Positions 48,864-57,868 of a DNA stretch of 64,000 bases are shown here, piece by piece; within the stretch, counting starts at the first letter, position 1; each line of letters opens with the position of its first letter. The notes beneath the pieces were generated by a model. It was not told where the DNA came from, searched no databases, and saw nothing but the letters and a program-made list of their open reading frames with translations. This DNA is from an uncultured Gemmatimonadota bacterium (GTDB lineage Bacteria; JAAXHH01): positions 1,376,001 through 1,440,000 of the forward strand of contig OX638340.1 in NCBI GenBank assembly GCA_951812955.1, written 5' to 3'. The position numbers and the translations under genes are program-made.

Positions 48864-48997
48864 ATCGCGAAACTGCGTTAGTGGCTGTTATGTGATACGA
48901 TAATAGTCAGTTGGAGACGGGAATGTAGCTACCTGCTCTCCCGGCTTTTGTATATGATCCGGTCTGAAGGATCGAACAGCATGCGGAGACCAGGGAC

Positions 48998-49909
48998 ATG
49001 CAGGGCGTCGTACGCAGACTGAAAGACGGTTTGGCCAGAACGCGGGACGGACTGGTACGAAGGATCGACCAGGCCGTGGGACGGTATGACCGCATCGACG
49101 AAGACCTGCTGGAGGAAATCGAATCCATCCTGCTGCAGACCGACGTGGGCATGGAAACGACCATGCGGATCATCGACGGACTGCGCGACCGCGCGGTCGA
49201 CAGCCGGACCCGGAATCCCGAAGACCTCATGAGGCTGCTCCGCGAGGAAATGGCGGGTATCCTGAGCGATCCGGCACCTGCTGAATCAGACCGCAGTCCC
49301 CATGTCATCATGGTCGTGGGCGTCAACGGGTCGGGCAAAACGACGACCGCGGGGAAGATGGCGGCGCGTTATGTCCGGGAAGGGAAGAAGGTTCTGCTGG
49401 CCGCGGCGGATACTTTCCGCGCGGCGGCCATCGATCAGCTGGAAGTCTGGGCGCGCCGGGCGGAGGCGGACCTCATCCGTCACCAGCACGGTTCCGATCC
49501 GTCGGCCGTGGCCTTCGACGCGATGCAGGCCGCCCTGTCCCGGAATGCGGACGTCCTCATCATCGACACGGCGGGCAGGTTGCACACCAAGGACAACCTG
49601 ATGGAGGAACTGAAGAAGATCAAGCGTACCCTCGGCAGGCAACTGGACGGCGCCCCCCACGAGGTGCTGCTCGTTCTCGACGGCACGACGGGACAGAATG
49701 CGCTATCCCAGGCCCGCGTCTTCAGCGAAGCCCTGGGCGGACTGACTGGCATCGCGCTTACGAAGCTGGACGGGACCGCCCGAGGCGGCATCGTGTTCGC
49801 CATCGGCGAGCAACTGGCCGTTCCCGTCAAACTCATCGGCGTGGGTGAAAGCATCGAGGATCTGCAGGATTTCGACGCCCCAGCCTTCGTGGAAGCCCTC
49901 TTCGACTGA
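48998..49909 (+). CDS. ftsY: Signal-recognition-particle receptor FtsY (NG domain only)
   Basis: 303 aa. SRP54-type GTPase motifs VVGVNGSGKTTT, DTAGR and TKLDG. Confidence 0.9.
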   Translation: MQGVVRRLKDGLARTRDGLVRRIDQAVGRYDRIDEDLLEEIESILLQTDVGMETTMRIIDGLRDRAVDSRTRNPEDLMRLLREEMAGILSDPAPAESDRSPHVIMVVGVNGSGKTTTAGKMAARYVREGKKVLLAAADTFRAAAIDQLEVWARRAEADLIRHQHGSDPSAVAFDAMQAALSRNADVLIIDTAGRLHTKDNLMEELKKIKRTLGRQLDGAPHEVLLVLDGTTGQNALSQARVFSEALGGLTGIALTKLDGTARGGIVFAIGEQLAVPVKLIGVGESIEDLQDFDAPAFVEALFD

Positions 49910-49951
49910 TACCTTCGACTGACACATTCGACTGACACACTGGAGTATCAC

Positions 49952-51187
49952 ATGCCCCAGCTGGCCATAAACGGAGCGGCGCCGGTACGGACAAAACCCT
50001 TTCCCGCCTGGCCCATGAACCTCGACGAGAGCGCTCAGGCCGCCGCCGAAACCGTGCGCTCGGGCCGGTGGGGTAGCATCCAGGGCGAGCAGGTGCGCAG
50101 CTTGGAACAGCGCTTCGCAGCTTTTCAGCAGGCCGCCCACGGCATCGCCGTCAGCAACGGAACTACGGCGCTCTGCCTCGCGCTGCAGGCGGTCGGCATC
50201 GAACCCGGCGACGAAGTCATCGTATCGGCCTATACGTTTATTGCATCAGCCAGTTCGATCGTGATGTCGAACGCCGTTCCCGTGTTCGTCGACATTGATC
50301 CACATACCTACAATCTGGATCCCGACCGGGTCGAACAGGCGGTCACCTCGCGGACCCGGGCCGTGATGGCGGTGCATTTCGCGGGTCTGCCAGCGGATAT
50401 GGATCGGCTGGGCGAGATCGCCGGCCGACACGGCCTGGCTGTGATCGAAGACGCTGCCCAGGCCCACGGCGCACGTTGGGGAGGACGGAGCGTGGGCGGC
50501 ATCGGCGCGATCGGTGCCTTCAGCTTCCAGTCCTCCAAGAACCTCAACGCCGGCGAGGGGGGCATCATGCTCACCGACGACGACGATCTGGCGGAGGCGG
50601 CGCGGTCCCTAGCGGACTGCGGGCACGTCGCGCCGGGCCCCCGGTACAACCACTACCGCATGGCCGGCAACAACCGGATGACCGAGATACAGGGCGCCGT
50701 GCTCCTGGCCCAGATGGCGCACCTGGAGACCCAGACCGACCTGCGGCACGCGAACGGCGATTACCTGACCGAACGCCTCGGAGCGGTCCCCGGCATCGTC
50801 CCGGTGTCCCGGCCCGCGAAGTGCGACCGGCACGCGCGCCACATCTACATGTTCAAGTACAGCGCGAACGCCTTCGGAGGGATCTCGAAAACACGTTTCA
50901 TCGAGGCCCTGCGCGCCGAAGGGATCCCCGCCAGTCCCGGCTATTCCATTCCGCTATACAAACAGCCGGTGTTCAGGAACCGGAACTATGGTATCTACCA
51001 GAGTCCGGCGCTGTCGGACGTCGACTACGATGCGTTATATATGCCGGTAACGGAAAGGGCGTGCAGCTCTGAGGCGGTCTGGTTCACGCAGTCTGTGTTG
51101 CTGGGCAGCCGGGACGACATGGACGACATCGTCCGGGCGGTCGCGAAGATTGGGAATCACCGCGACGAATTGGGGGAAACCGGTTAG
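49952..51187 (+). CDS. DegT/DnrJ/EryC1/StrS-family PLP-dependent (sugar) aminotransferase
   Basis: 411 aa. …AVSNGTTALCLAL… and …FSFQSSKNLNAGEGG… (PLP-lysine region) are typical of the family. Confidence 0.85.
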   Translation: MPQLAINGAAPVRTKPFPAWPMNLDESAQAAAETVRSGRWGSIQGEQVRSLEQRFAAFQQAAHGIAVSNGTTALCLALQAVGIEPGDEVIVSAYTFIASASSIVMSNAVPVFVDIDPHTYNLDPDRVEQAVTSRTRAVMAVHFAGLPADMDRLGEIAGRHGLAVIEDAAQAHGARWGGRSVGGIGAIGAFSFQSSKNLNAGEGGIMLTDDDDLAEAARSLADCGHVAPGPRYNHYRMAGNNRMTEIQGAVLLAQMAHLETQTDLRHANGDYLTERLGAVPGIVPVSRPAKCDRHARHIYMFKYSANAFGGISKTRFIEALRAEGIPASPGYSIPLYKQPVFRNRNYGIYQSPALSDVDYDALYMPVTERACSSEAVWFTQSVLLGSRDDMDDIVRAVAKIGNHRDELGETG

Positions 51188-51283
51188 CACGCGGCGCTTG
51201 TTGCAGTGCGGGGCACCTGTGTCGCGGGCCTGTTTCAGAGAAGGCCGCCTGAGTCGCGAGGCGCTTGTTGCAGTGCGGCCGCT

Positions 51284-52396
51284 TTAACGGCGAAGGCCGC
51301 CGGTTCCAGCCGATTCCTTCACCGTGGAGAGCAAGTGGGCGGGCTTTCCGCCGGACCGCCGAAACTCGATCAATTCGGCCATGATGCTGACCGCGATTTC
51401 CTCCGGCGTATCGGCGCCTATTTCCATGCCGATCGGCGCATGTACCCTTTCCAGCAGGTGCCGGGGCACGCCTTTCTCTTCCAGATTCTTCCACATCAGG
51501 GCGATCTTGCGCCGGCTACCGATCATTCCGATGTACGCGGCGTCGGTCCACACCGCCTGCTCGATGACGGGCTGGTCCCACTGGTGACCGCGGGTGACCG
51601 CGACCAGGTAGGATGAACCGTCTATGGGCAGCTTGCCGACGACCTCGTCGAATGCGTCCACGACCACCTCGTCGGCCTCGGGAAACCGTTCATGGTTCGC
51701 GAAGGCCGGACGATCGTCTACCACGATGATGCGGAATCCCACGGTATCCGCCAACCGGGCTATGGCTTTGGCGACGTGGCCCCCGCCGAAAAGGAAAAGC
51801 TGCGGCGCAGGCCATATGGACTCTATGAAGACCCGGGTCTCCGCGCCTTCGTGTTCCAGCGTTACTACCCGAAGCAGGTTCTCGGTGATTTCGATGTCCG
51901 TGTCCAGCCTGATCCGGTCGTCCAGGACGGGGTCTCCCAGGGATCCGACAGTCTCGCCCCCGGCCGTAACGAGCAGTTTGCCGCCTTCGGTGCCGGCCGG
52001 TCCCGATACCAGCGTGGCCAGCAGTCCGATGCCCCGCGTTTCGTGAAGACGGCGGATCGCTTCGAAGACCTCCTGCATCGGTCCCGTCTTGACCGGCTCC
52101 GTGAATATCTCCACATTGCCGCCGCAGTTCAGACCCTCGTCACCTGCGTGCTTCTCCGTCAGAATGAAACGCTGAAGCCGGGGGGAAGCCAGCTCCATCA
52201 CCTCCCGGGCCTCGGCCCAGACATCGGCTTCCAGGCATCCTCCACCCACCGTTCCGGTGAACGTACCGTCTCGCTTGACGAGCATTTTCGCCTTCTTGCT
52301 CATCGGAAGTGATCCCTTGCTCGATACGATGGTGGAAAGGGCCGCCTTTTCACCCCGCGACAGGACTTCCACGACCTCGTCGAATACCTCTTTCAT
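51284..52396 (-). CDS. XdhC/CoxI-family molybdo-enzyme maturation factor
   Basis: 370 aa. N-terminal XdhC_CoxI domain (…GTVGGGCLEADV…) and a C-terminal Rossmann-like XdhC_C domain (…LFLFGGGHVAKAIARLA…). Confidence 0.75.
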   Translation of the reverse strand: MKEVFDEVVEVLSRGEKAALSTIVSSKGSLPMSKKAKMLVKRDGTFTGTVGGGCLEADVWAEAREVMELASPRLQRFILTEKHAGDEGLNCGGNVEIFTEPVKTGPMQEVFEAIRRLHETRGIGLLATLVSGPAGTEGGKLLVTAGGETVGSLGDPVLDDRIRLDTDIEITENLLRVVTLEHEGAETRVFIESIWPAPQLFLFGGGHVAKAIARLADTVGFRIIVVDDRPAFANHERFPEADEVVVDAFDEVVGKLPIDGSSYLVAVTRGHQWDQPVIEQAVWTDAAYIGMIGSRRKIALMWKNLEEKGVPRHLLERVHAPIGMEIGADTPEEIAVSIMAELIEFRRSGGKPAHLLSTVKESAGTGGLRR

Positions 52397-52417
52397 AGGC
52401 CTTTCCCCGCTTGAGCG

Positions 52418-52879
52418 TCAGCCCCGTTCAACGGGCGACTCCTCGAAACCGGTCTCTTCGTCCACCCACCGGAACATCCTGATTTCGCTTACGGCGTCTC
52501 GCTTGACGGCAAGTACCAGATAGCCGGGTTCCGGGTCCATCCAGCCGGTCAGGGCTTCCATCCGGTCCTTCTCCGAGAAATACGCCGGGGCGTCCGGATG
52601 GGAATGATAGAACGCCAGGACCTGCGCGCCCGGCGGGTCGAACTTCCCAAAGAACAGCCGCTCCATGTCCGTCCGGCTGAACGCGTAGGCGGTCCGGGCG
52701 TCCCTGGGATGTTGCACCGGATCTTTCGCGTGCAACTCGTTTTGAATGTTCGTGCACCGGTGCACCCGCCAGGATTCCGGTTCGTTCGTCCCGGTCAGGA
52801 ACCCGCAGCACTCCCGGGGATACTCAGCCACGGCATGGGCGACCATATCGTCGTAGACCGGCCGGGGAACCCACAGCAT
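52418..52879 (-). CDS. JAMM/MPN+ (Mov34) family metalloprotease
   Basis: Start at MLWVPRPVYDD (52879); the ORF-track extension is GC-rich shadow. E…HSHPDAPAYFSEKD is the JAMM H-x-H-x7-S-x2-D motif. Overlaps the mrp stop (TGATG). Confidence 0.7.
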   Translation of the reverse strand: MLWVPRPVYDDMVAHAVAEYPRECCGFLTGTNEPESWRVHRCTNIQNELHAKDPVQHPRDARTAYAFSRTDMERLFFGKFDPPGAQVLAFYHSHPDAPAYFSEKDRMEALTGWMDPEPGYLVLAVKRDAVSEIRMFRWVDEETGFEESPVERG

Positions 52880-53703
52880 CAGGAGCGTTCCGGGACGGTG
52901 ACGGGCGCCGGCAGGCGCTCGATTTCGGCCTCCACGGCCGTCCTGATCCCGTCGAAGGCCGCTTTCTCCACAGTACCCACCGGATCGAGGAAGATCGGTT
53001 CGCCGGCGTCTCCCGCCGCGCAAACCGCCGGCGACAGGGGGATTTCGCCCAGGAGAGGAAGGCCCAGTTCTTCGCTCAGCGCCTTGCCCCCGCCCCGGCC
53101 GAAAACATAGGTCCGATCGCCCGTTCCCGGATTCGCGTAGTAACTCATGTTTTCAACAATACCCAGCACGGGAACCCGCAAGCGCTCGAACATGGTGATA
53201 GACTTGCGCACGTCCGACAGCGCGACCTGCTGGGGCGTCGTGACGATAACAGCACCGGTGAGTTGAACAGACTGGGCCAGGGTCAGCGAAGCGTCGCCGG
53301 TTCCGGGCGGCAGGTCGACCACCAGACTGTCCAGTTCGCCCCAGGCTACGTTGCCAAGAAACCCCTTCACCATCTTTCCGACCAGGGGGCCCCGATAGAT
53401 CACGGCGTCCGACGGACCCGCGACGAAGCCGACGGAGACCACCCGGATACCATGCTTCACAATAGGTTGAATTCTGCCTGAAGGATCTTTCTCGAGGGAC
53501 CCGGAGACGCCCATCATCTGGGGGACGTTCGGGCCATACACGTCCGCGTCGAGCAGACCGACCGCCTGGCCTGTTTCCACGAGAGCGAGGGCCAGATTGA
53601 CGCTTACCGTCGACTTGCCCACGCCGCCTTTGCCGCTGGCCACGGCGATAACACGGCGTATGCCGGTCAGGGGCGCACTGGGATTTTCGGATTCCGAAGC
53701 CAA
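52879..53703 (-). CDS. apbC: Mrp/NBP35 (ApbC) family Fe-S cluster carrier ATPase
   Basis: 274 aa. Deviant Walker A SGKGGVGKSTVS, and CxxC (…AVCAAGD…) in the C-terminal region. Confidence 0.9.
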   Translation of the reverse strand: MASESENPSAPLTGIRRVIAVASGKGGVGKSTVSVNLALALVETGQAVGLLDADVYGPNVPQMMGVSGSLEKDPSGRIQPIVKHGIRVVSVGFVAGPSDAVIYRGPLVGKMVKGFLGNVAWGELDSLVVDLPPGTGDASLTLAQSVQLTGAVIVTTPQQVALSDVRKSITMFERLRVPVLGIVENMSYYANPGTGDRTYVFGRGGGKALSEELGLPLLGEIPLSPAVCAAGDAGEPIFLDPVGTVEKAAFDGIRTAVEAEIERLPAPVTVPERS

Positions 53704-53757
53704 GGTGTTCGATCCGCGGTTACTGGATGCCTGGTTCCGTTCACTCGCCTTTCAGGC

Positions 53758-54081
53758 TTATACGTGAAAGGACTCGCCGCAACCGCAGGTACCCTTGGCA
53801 TTCGGATTACTGACCTTGAATCCCGCGCCCATCAGACCTTCTACGTAATCCAGTTCCGCACCCATCAGGTAGATGGCGCTCTTGCTGTCGACGTAAACCC
53901 TGATGCCGTTCTGCTCGATGATCTGGTCGTTCTCGGTAGACTGCTTGTCGAAGGCGAGACGGTACTGAAAACCGGAACAGCCTCCTCCGGCGATCATCAC
54001 GCGCAACCCGAGATCCGGACTGCCCTGATCCTCGATCATGGTTTTAATCTTGTCGGCGGCGATATCCGTCACGGTGACCAT
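53758..54081 (-). CDS. erpA: Iron-sulfur cluster insertion protein ErpA/IscA (HesB family)
   Basis: Start at MVTVTDIAADKIK. Cys ligands in …GGGCSGF… and C-terminal GTCGCGESF. 107 aa. Confidence 0.85.
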   Translation of the reverse strand: MVTVTDIAADKIKTMIEDQGSPDLGLRVMIAGGGCSGFQYRLAFDKQSTENDQIIEQNGIRVYVDSKSAIYLMGAELDYVEGLMGAGFKVSNPNAKGTCGCGESFHV

Positions 54082-54272
54082 GAAGACAACCCCCTTGCAG
54101 AGACCGAAAGTGGTGCGATTAGCAAAATTCTGCATCAACCGGAATACCACACTGATTGCTGTCAGGTAAAAAACCACACTCCCGCTGCAAAGTCAACCTC
54201 TTTATCGAAGGCGTTCCGGCTCCTGTTCCACCGCTTGCGAAACGACGCGAAACCACATGCCGGGGCATGCGG

Positions 54273-56357
54273 TCAAGGCGCGCCCGCGCGCAGAAGGAGC
54301 ATTTTGCCACGGTCCTCGACGGCGCCGGCGGCCATATGGTATAAATACACTCCGCTGGGCAAGGCGCGGCCACCATCGTCCATGCCGTTCCAAGTCCGGA
54401 CGTAACGGCCTGGTCCGTACATCCGATCCGTCAGAATCCGCACGCGCCTTCCGAGCAAATCGTAGATCGTCAGGGTTACCCGGGCCGGCTCCGTCAATTC
54501 GAAGCGTATATCCGTACTGTTGGCGAATGGATTCGGCGCATTCGGGTAGAGGACCGCAGCCGGTCCGCCGGACGGGCCTGGCACGTGATCGACGCGCAAC
54601 GTCGCGGGTTCCGCCGTCAGCGTCCGTCCCGGGCGGCCCATGGGCCGCAGACGGTACTCGTAGGCGCTGCCCGGTACTACGGCCGTATCATTGTAGGAAT
54701 AGGCATTCGAGGCGGGACGATCGACTCCAGACCGGTTCACCGGCACGGAGTCCAGCAATTCATACGATCCATTGGGGAAGTCTCTTCGTTCGATTCGGTA
54801 GGAAAGCAGGTTGATCTCCAACCCCGCGGTCCAGGAGAGGTACACGCCGCTCGGTCCGCTCTCGGCGGTGAACGACCGCACGGTCCCCCTCGACTCGGAC
54901 ATCAGGGCGTCGGCCGCCTGAACGATGCCGTACCCGTTGAGCGTATCCGGCGATGCGGCCTGTCCGGCCGTCTGGCGGAGAACCCTTCGCACCTTGTCCG
55001 GCGTCCAATGCGGATAAGCTTCCAGCAGCAACGCGGCTACGCCTGCCACAAGAGGCGCGGAGAAAGAGGTGCCATCGACGCGCATGTACCCGTCCATGGT
55101 GAACGGATCCACCGTGTAGACGCCTTCCCCCATGGCCATAACGTCCGGCTTGATGCGGCCGTCGTAGGTGGGGCCGATGGAGGAGAACTCGGCACGCCTG
55201 CCAGAGGCATCGACAGCTCCAACGGAAATCACCCCTTCCGCGTCGGCGGGCGCCACCATCTTTTCATAGGGGGCGCCGCCCTCGTTTCCCATGCTGTTCA
55301 CGACCACGATGCCACGGTCCGACGCCATGGAAGCCGCCCGGGTGATCATGGCGGTTTCGCCGTCCATGTCTTCATAGGAATACCAGTCGATGTATCCGAG
55401 TGAACTGCTGATCACGTCAGCGCCCAGACTGTCGGCCCATTCCATGGCGGCCACCCAGAAGTCTTCTTCGATCTCGTTCTCGAAGGCGACGACCTCCGTG
55501 CTCGCGAGGAGGTAGCGGGCGCCGAAAGCGGGACCGACCAGATGACCCGGCGCGTATCCGCCGATGGTGCCGAGTACCGACGTACCATGACTGGAGGACT
55601 CCAGTTCGGTGAACCCGGTTTCGTCCCGAAGGAAGTTGCGGTGGGCGTCCACACGGGTTCTGAGACTGTCGAAAGTCACGTGATCCAGGTTGAATCCGGT
55701 GTCGAAGAGCGCTACGAGCACGCCGCTTCCAGTAAGCCCCAGATCATGGAGTTCCGGTACGTGCAACTGGTTCAACTGAACGAAGGAAGGACCGTAATCG
55801 AGACCGGTAGTCTGGACCGCACGGGGACTGGCGTCCGTTTCAACCTGGCCGGTGATTTCTGGTGGGACGGGGCGCGGACGACCCAGTCTGGCGACCGCGT
55901 CGACGCTCAGCACGAATTGCTGGCTTGCCAGATCCTCAACGTCCCCGGCCAGGATGGACACGCTCGCCGCGTTAAACCAGCGGGACACCTGGAGGACCCT
56001 GCCTCCCAACTCCTCTATGCGCTCCAAGTAGGGCGCGTGGACGGGAATGTCCTCCCACCCCGCGAGCCGGTCGCCTCTTGTCGACAGCCGCCGGCGGGCA
56101 CGGGTTGAAAGGCGGTCTTCAGCGGCCGCCAGCGCGGCGTCGTATCCCGCCCCCGGGACTTGCCCCTTGTCCGCCAGGTAAACCCATACTTTCAGCCGCT
56201 CGTCGGACGGCCGTGTGGCGAGGTCGTTCCGAAGGCGGGTGGATATCTTGGATTCTATGCCGGAGACGGTTCCCCTTGCCGGCTGCTGATCTTGCGGTGG
56301 GTTGCCGTAGGCGTGGCACGCTATGAGGGCGAGCAGTAACGCTGCGCATCGCTTCAT
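54273..56357 (-). CDS. Secreted S8-family (subtilisin-like) serine peptidase with a T9SS C-terminal sorting domain
   Basis: Start at MKRCAALLLALIACHAYG (signal peptide). Catalytic D/H/S blocks (ALFDTGF, HGTSVLG, GTSFSAPLVAG). C-terminal …LYPNAPNPFANSTDIRFELTEPARVTLTIYDLLGRRV… matches the Por/T9SS secretion-tail signature. Confidence 0.8.
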   Translation of the reverse strand: MKRCAALLLALIACHAYGNPPQDQQPARGTVSGIESKISTRLRNDLATRPSDERLKVWVYLADKGQVPGAGYDAALAAAEDRLSTRARRRLSTRGDRLAGWEDIPVHAPYLERIEELGGRVLQVSRWFNAASVSILAGDVEDLASQQFVLSVDAVARLGRPRPVPPEITGQVETDASPRAVQTTGLDYGPSFVQLNQLHVPELHDLGLTGSGVLVALFDTGFNLDHVTFDSLRTRVDAHRNFLRDETGFTELESSSHGTSVLGTIGGYAPGHLVGPAFGARYLLASTEVVAFENEIEEDFWVAAMEWADSLGADVISSSLGYIDWYSYEDMDGETAMITRAASMASDRGIVVVNSMGNEGGAPYEKMVAPADAEGVISVGAVDASGRRAEFSSIGPTYDGRIKPDVMAMGEGVYTVDPFTMDGYMRVDGTSFSAPLVAGVAALLLEAYPHWTPDKVRRVLRQTAGQAASPDTLNGYGIVQAADALMSESRGTVRSFTAESGPSGVYLSWTAGLEINLLSYRIERRDFPNGSYELLDSVPVNRSGVDRPASNAYSYNDTAVVPGSAYEYRLRPMGRPGRTLTAEPATLRVDHVPGPSGGPAAVLYPNAPNPFANSTDIRFELTEPARVTLTIYDLLGRRVRILTDRMYGPGRYVRTWNGMDDGGRALPSGVYLYHMAAGAVEDRGKMLLLRAGAP

Positions 56358-56409
56358 TGCCGGCTCTCCGGGTTGGGACGGGCAGGACAGCGGCCTTGGC
56401 CGGCCGGAT

Positions 56410-56955
56410 TCAAGGTCCGGCCGCGTCCGGGCGGCGTGTGCGGTCTCTTGCGATCCAGCGCAGCATGAAACCCAGGACGGCCAGGAAGACGACGACACCC
56501 AGCGCCAACGACAAGCTCACCCCCAGGAGGCCGGCCATCTCTCCGCCCAGATAGAAACCCAGCACACCGCCGATCCTGAACCGGACATACTCGGGGAATA
56601 TGGGGATCAGGCTTCCTGTCGCTGTACCAATGGTCATGAGGGCGAGGAGCCAGCCGGCCTGGACGAGCACGATCCCGGAATGCCGGGCCTGGATGCGGTT
56701 CCAGGCGAGCAGGCCGATGATTAACGGCAGTACAAATCCCCCGTATCCAAGGACGAGCGTCACGCCGTAGGACAACAGGGCGCCGGGGCGTCCACCCAGG
56801 TTGGCTACTTCACCGGGGCTCCGGCTCGAGTTGGGGTAGTCGGTTTCCGCGTGGGTTGCGAGGCTGAGCAGAACGAAGAGCGCGACGGGGATCAGAAGGA
56901 CCCCGATCGCGTGCATGCGGCGTTCGATGGCTCGGTTGAACGGAGGGAAGCTCAA
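56410..56955 (-). CDS. Standalone FtsK_4TM-like membrane protein (N-terminal domain of DNA translocase FtsK without the motor)
   Basis: 181 aa, 4 TM helices. …DYPNSSRSPGEVANLGGRPGALLSYGVTLVLGYGGFVLPLIIGLLAW… parallels the E. coli FtsK N-terminus (…[29 protein letters not shown]…). Lies 22 nt downstream of purQ. Confidence 0.5.
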   Translation of the reverse strand: MSFPPFNRAIERRMHAIGVLLIPVALFVLLSLATHAETDYPNSSRSPGEVANLGGRPGALLSYGVTLVLGYGGFVLPLIIGLLAWNRIQARHSGIVLVQAGWLLALMTIGTATGSLIPIFPEYVRFRIGGVLGFYLGGEMAGLLGVSLSLALGVVVFLAVLGFMLRWIARDRTRRPDAAGP

Positions 56956-56976
56956 TCCGCGCGCTCCCTTCGGAAC

Positions 56977-57777
56977 CTACCGGATCCCTCGGGCATATTC
57001 CACGGCGTTACGGAAGATATGCAGACCGTCGGGTTCCTTGCATCCCTCCCGGGTCCACCGAGGATGGTGGGTCGGATGCGTGTAGCGTTCCGGATGTGGC
57101 ATGAGGCCGAAAATCCGACCAGTGGCGTCGCAGATCCCGGCGATGGCGTCGATCGAACCGTTCGGACTCCAGGGATACTCGGCCGCTCCACCGCCCACCC
57201 AAGGCGGATTGACATACCGCAGCGCAACGTGACCGCCCGAGCCCAGCCTCTCCCGCACGTCCTCGGACGCCAGCATGACCTTGCCTTCCCCGTTCGCGAC
57301 CGGAATGTAGATGGTCTCCGGCATGTCGCGGGTAAAGACGCAGGGGCTGTCGGGGTTCCTGCGCAGGTGGACCCACCGGCACTCGAACTTCCCGGAGTCG
57401 TTGTAGAATACCGTCGCTTCCTGCCGTCTTCCGCCCGGTTTCGTCTGGGGCAGCAGTCCCATCTTGACCAGCACCTGGAATCCATTGCAGATGCCAAGAA
57501 TCAGTTTTCCTTCCCCGATGAACGATTCCACGTCGTCCATCAACTTGCACTGCATCTCGTTGGCGAGCACCTTGCCGCCCGAGAGATCGTCGCCATAGGA
57601 GAAGCCGCCGGACAGGACCAGCACGTCGTACTCTGACAGGCTGCGGCGTCCTTGGATGAACGCATTGATGTGCACGGGATCCACCCGCGCGGCGCCGGCG
57701 AGACGGAACGCGTGGGCCGTTTCCTCGTCGCAGTTGATTCCCGCTGCGCGCAGAATCAGGACCGAGGCGGTGGACAT
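56977..57777 (-). CDS. purQ: Phosphoribosylformylglycinamidine synthase, glutaminase subunit
   Basis: 266 aa. Class I GATase with catalytic Cys in LILGICNGFQVL and a C-terminal HPER motif. Confidence 0.9.
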   Translation of the reverse strand: MSTASVLILRAAGINCDEETAHAFRLAGAARVDPVHINAFIQGRRSLSEYDVLVLSGGFSYGDDLSGGKVLANEMQCKLMDDVESFIGEGKLILGICNGFQVLVKMGLLPQTKPGGRRQEATVFYNDSGKFECRWVHLRRNPDSPCVFTRDMPETIYIPVANGEGKVMLASEDVRERLGSGGHVALRYVNPPWVGGGAAEYPWSPNGSIDAIAGICDATGRIFGLMPHPERYTHPTHHPRWTREGCKEPDGLHIFRNAVEYARGIR

Positions 57778-57868
57778 GGATGCTCCCTGGTTGGGAAGTC
57801 TGTGTAATACGAAACGCTCGTACTGTTCGGACGGATCGTACCGTTCGGACCGACCGGGCCGCGCTGCG

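Larger units (their letters stand above)
46250..48990. other. Second low-GC (~35%) genomic island, between trxA and ftsY
   Basis: GC content changes abruptly at both ends. An 850-bp ORF-free AT-rich leader is followed by three co-directional small genes. No integrase, tRNA or flanking repeats are evident. Confidence 0.7.
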
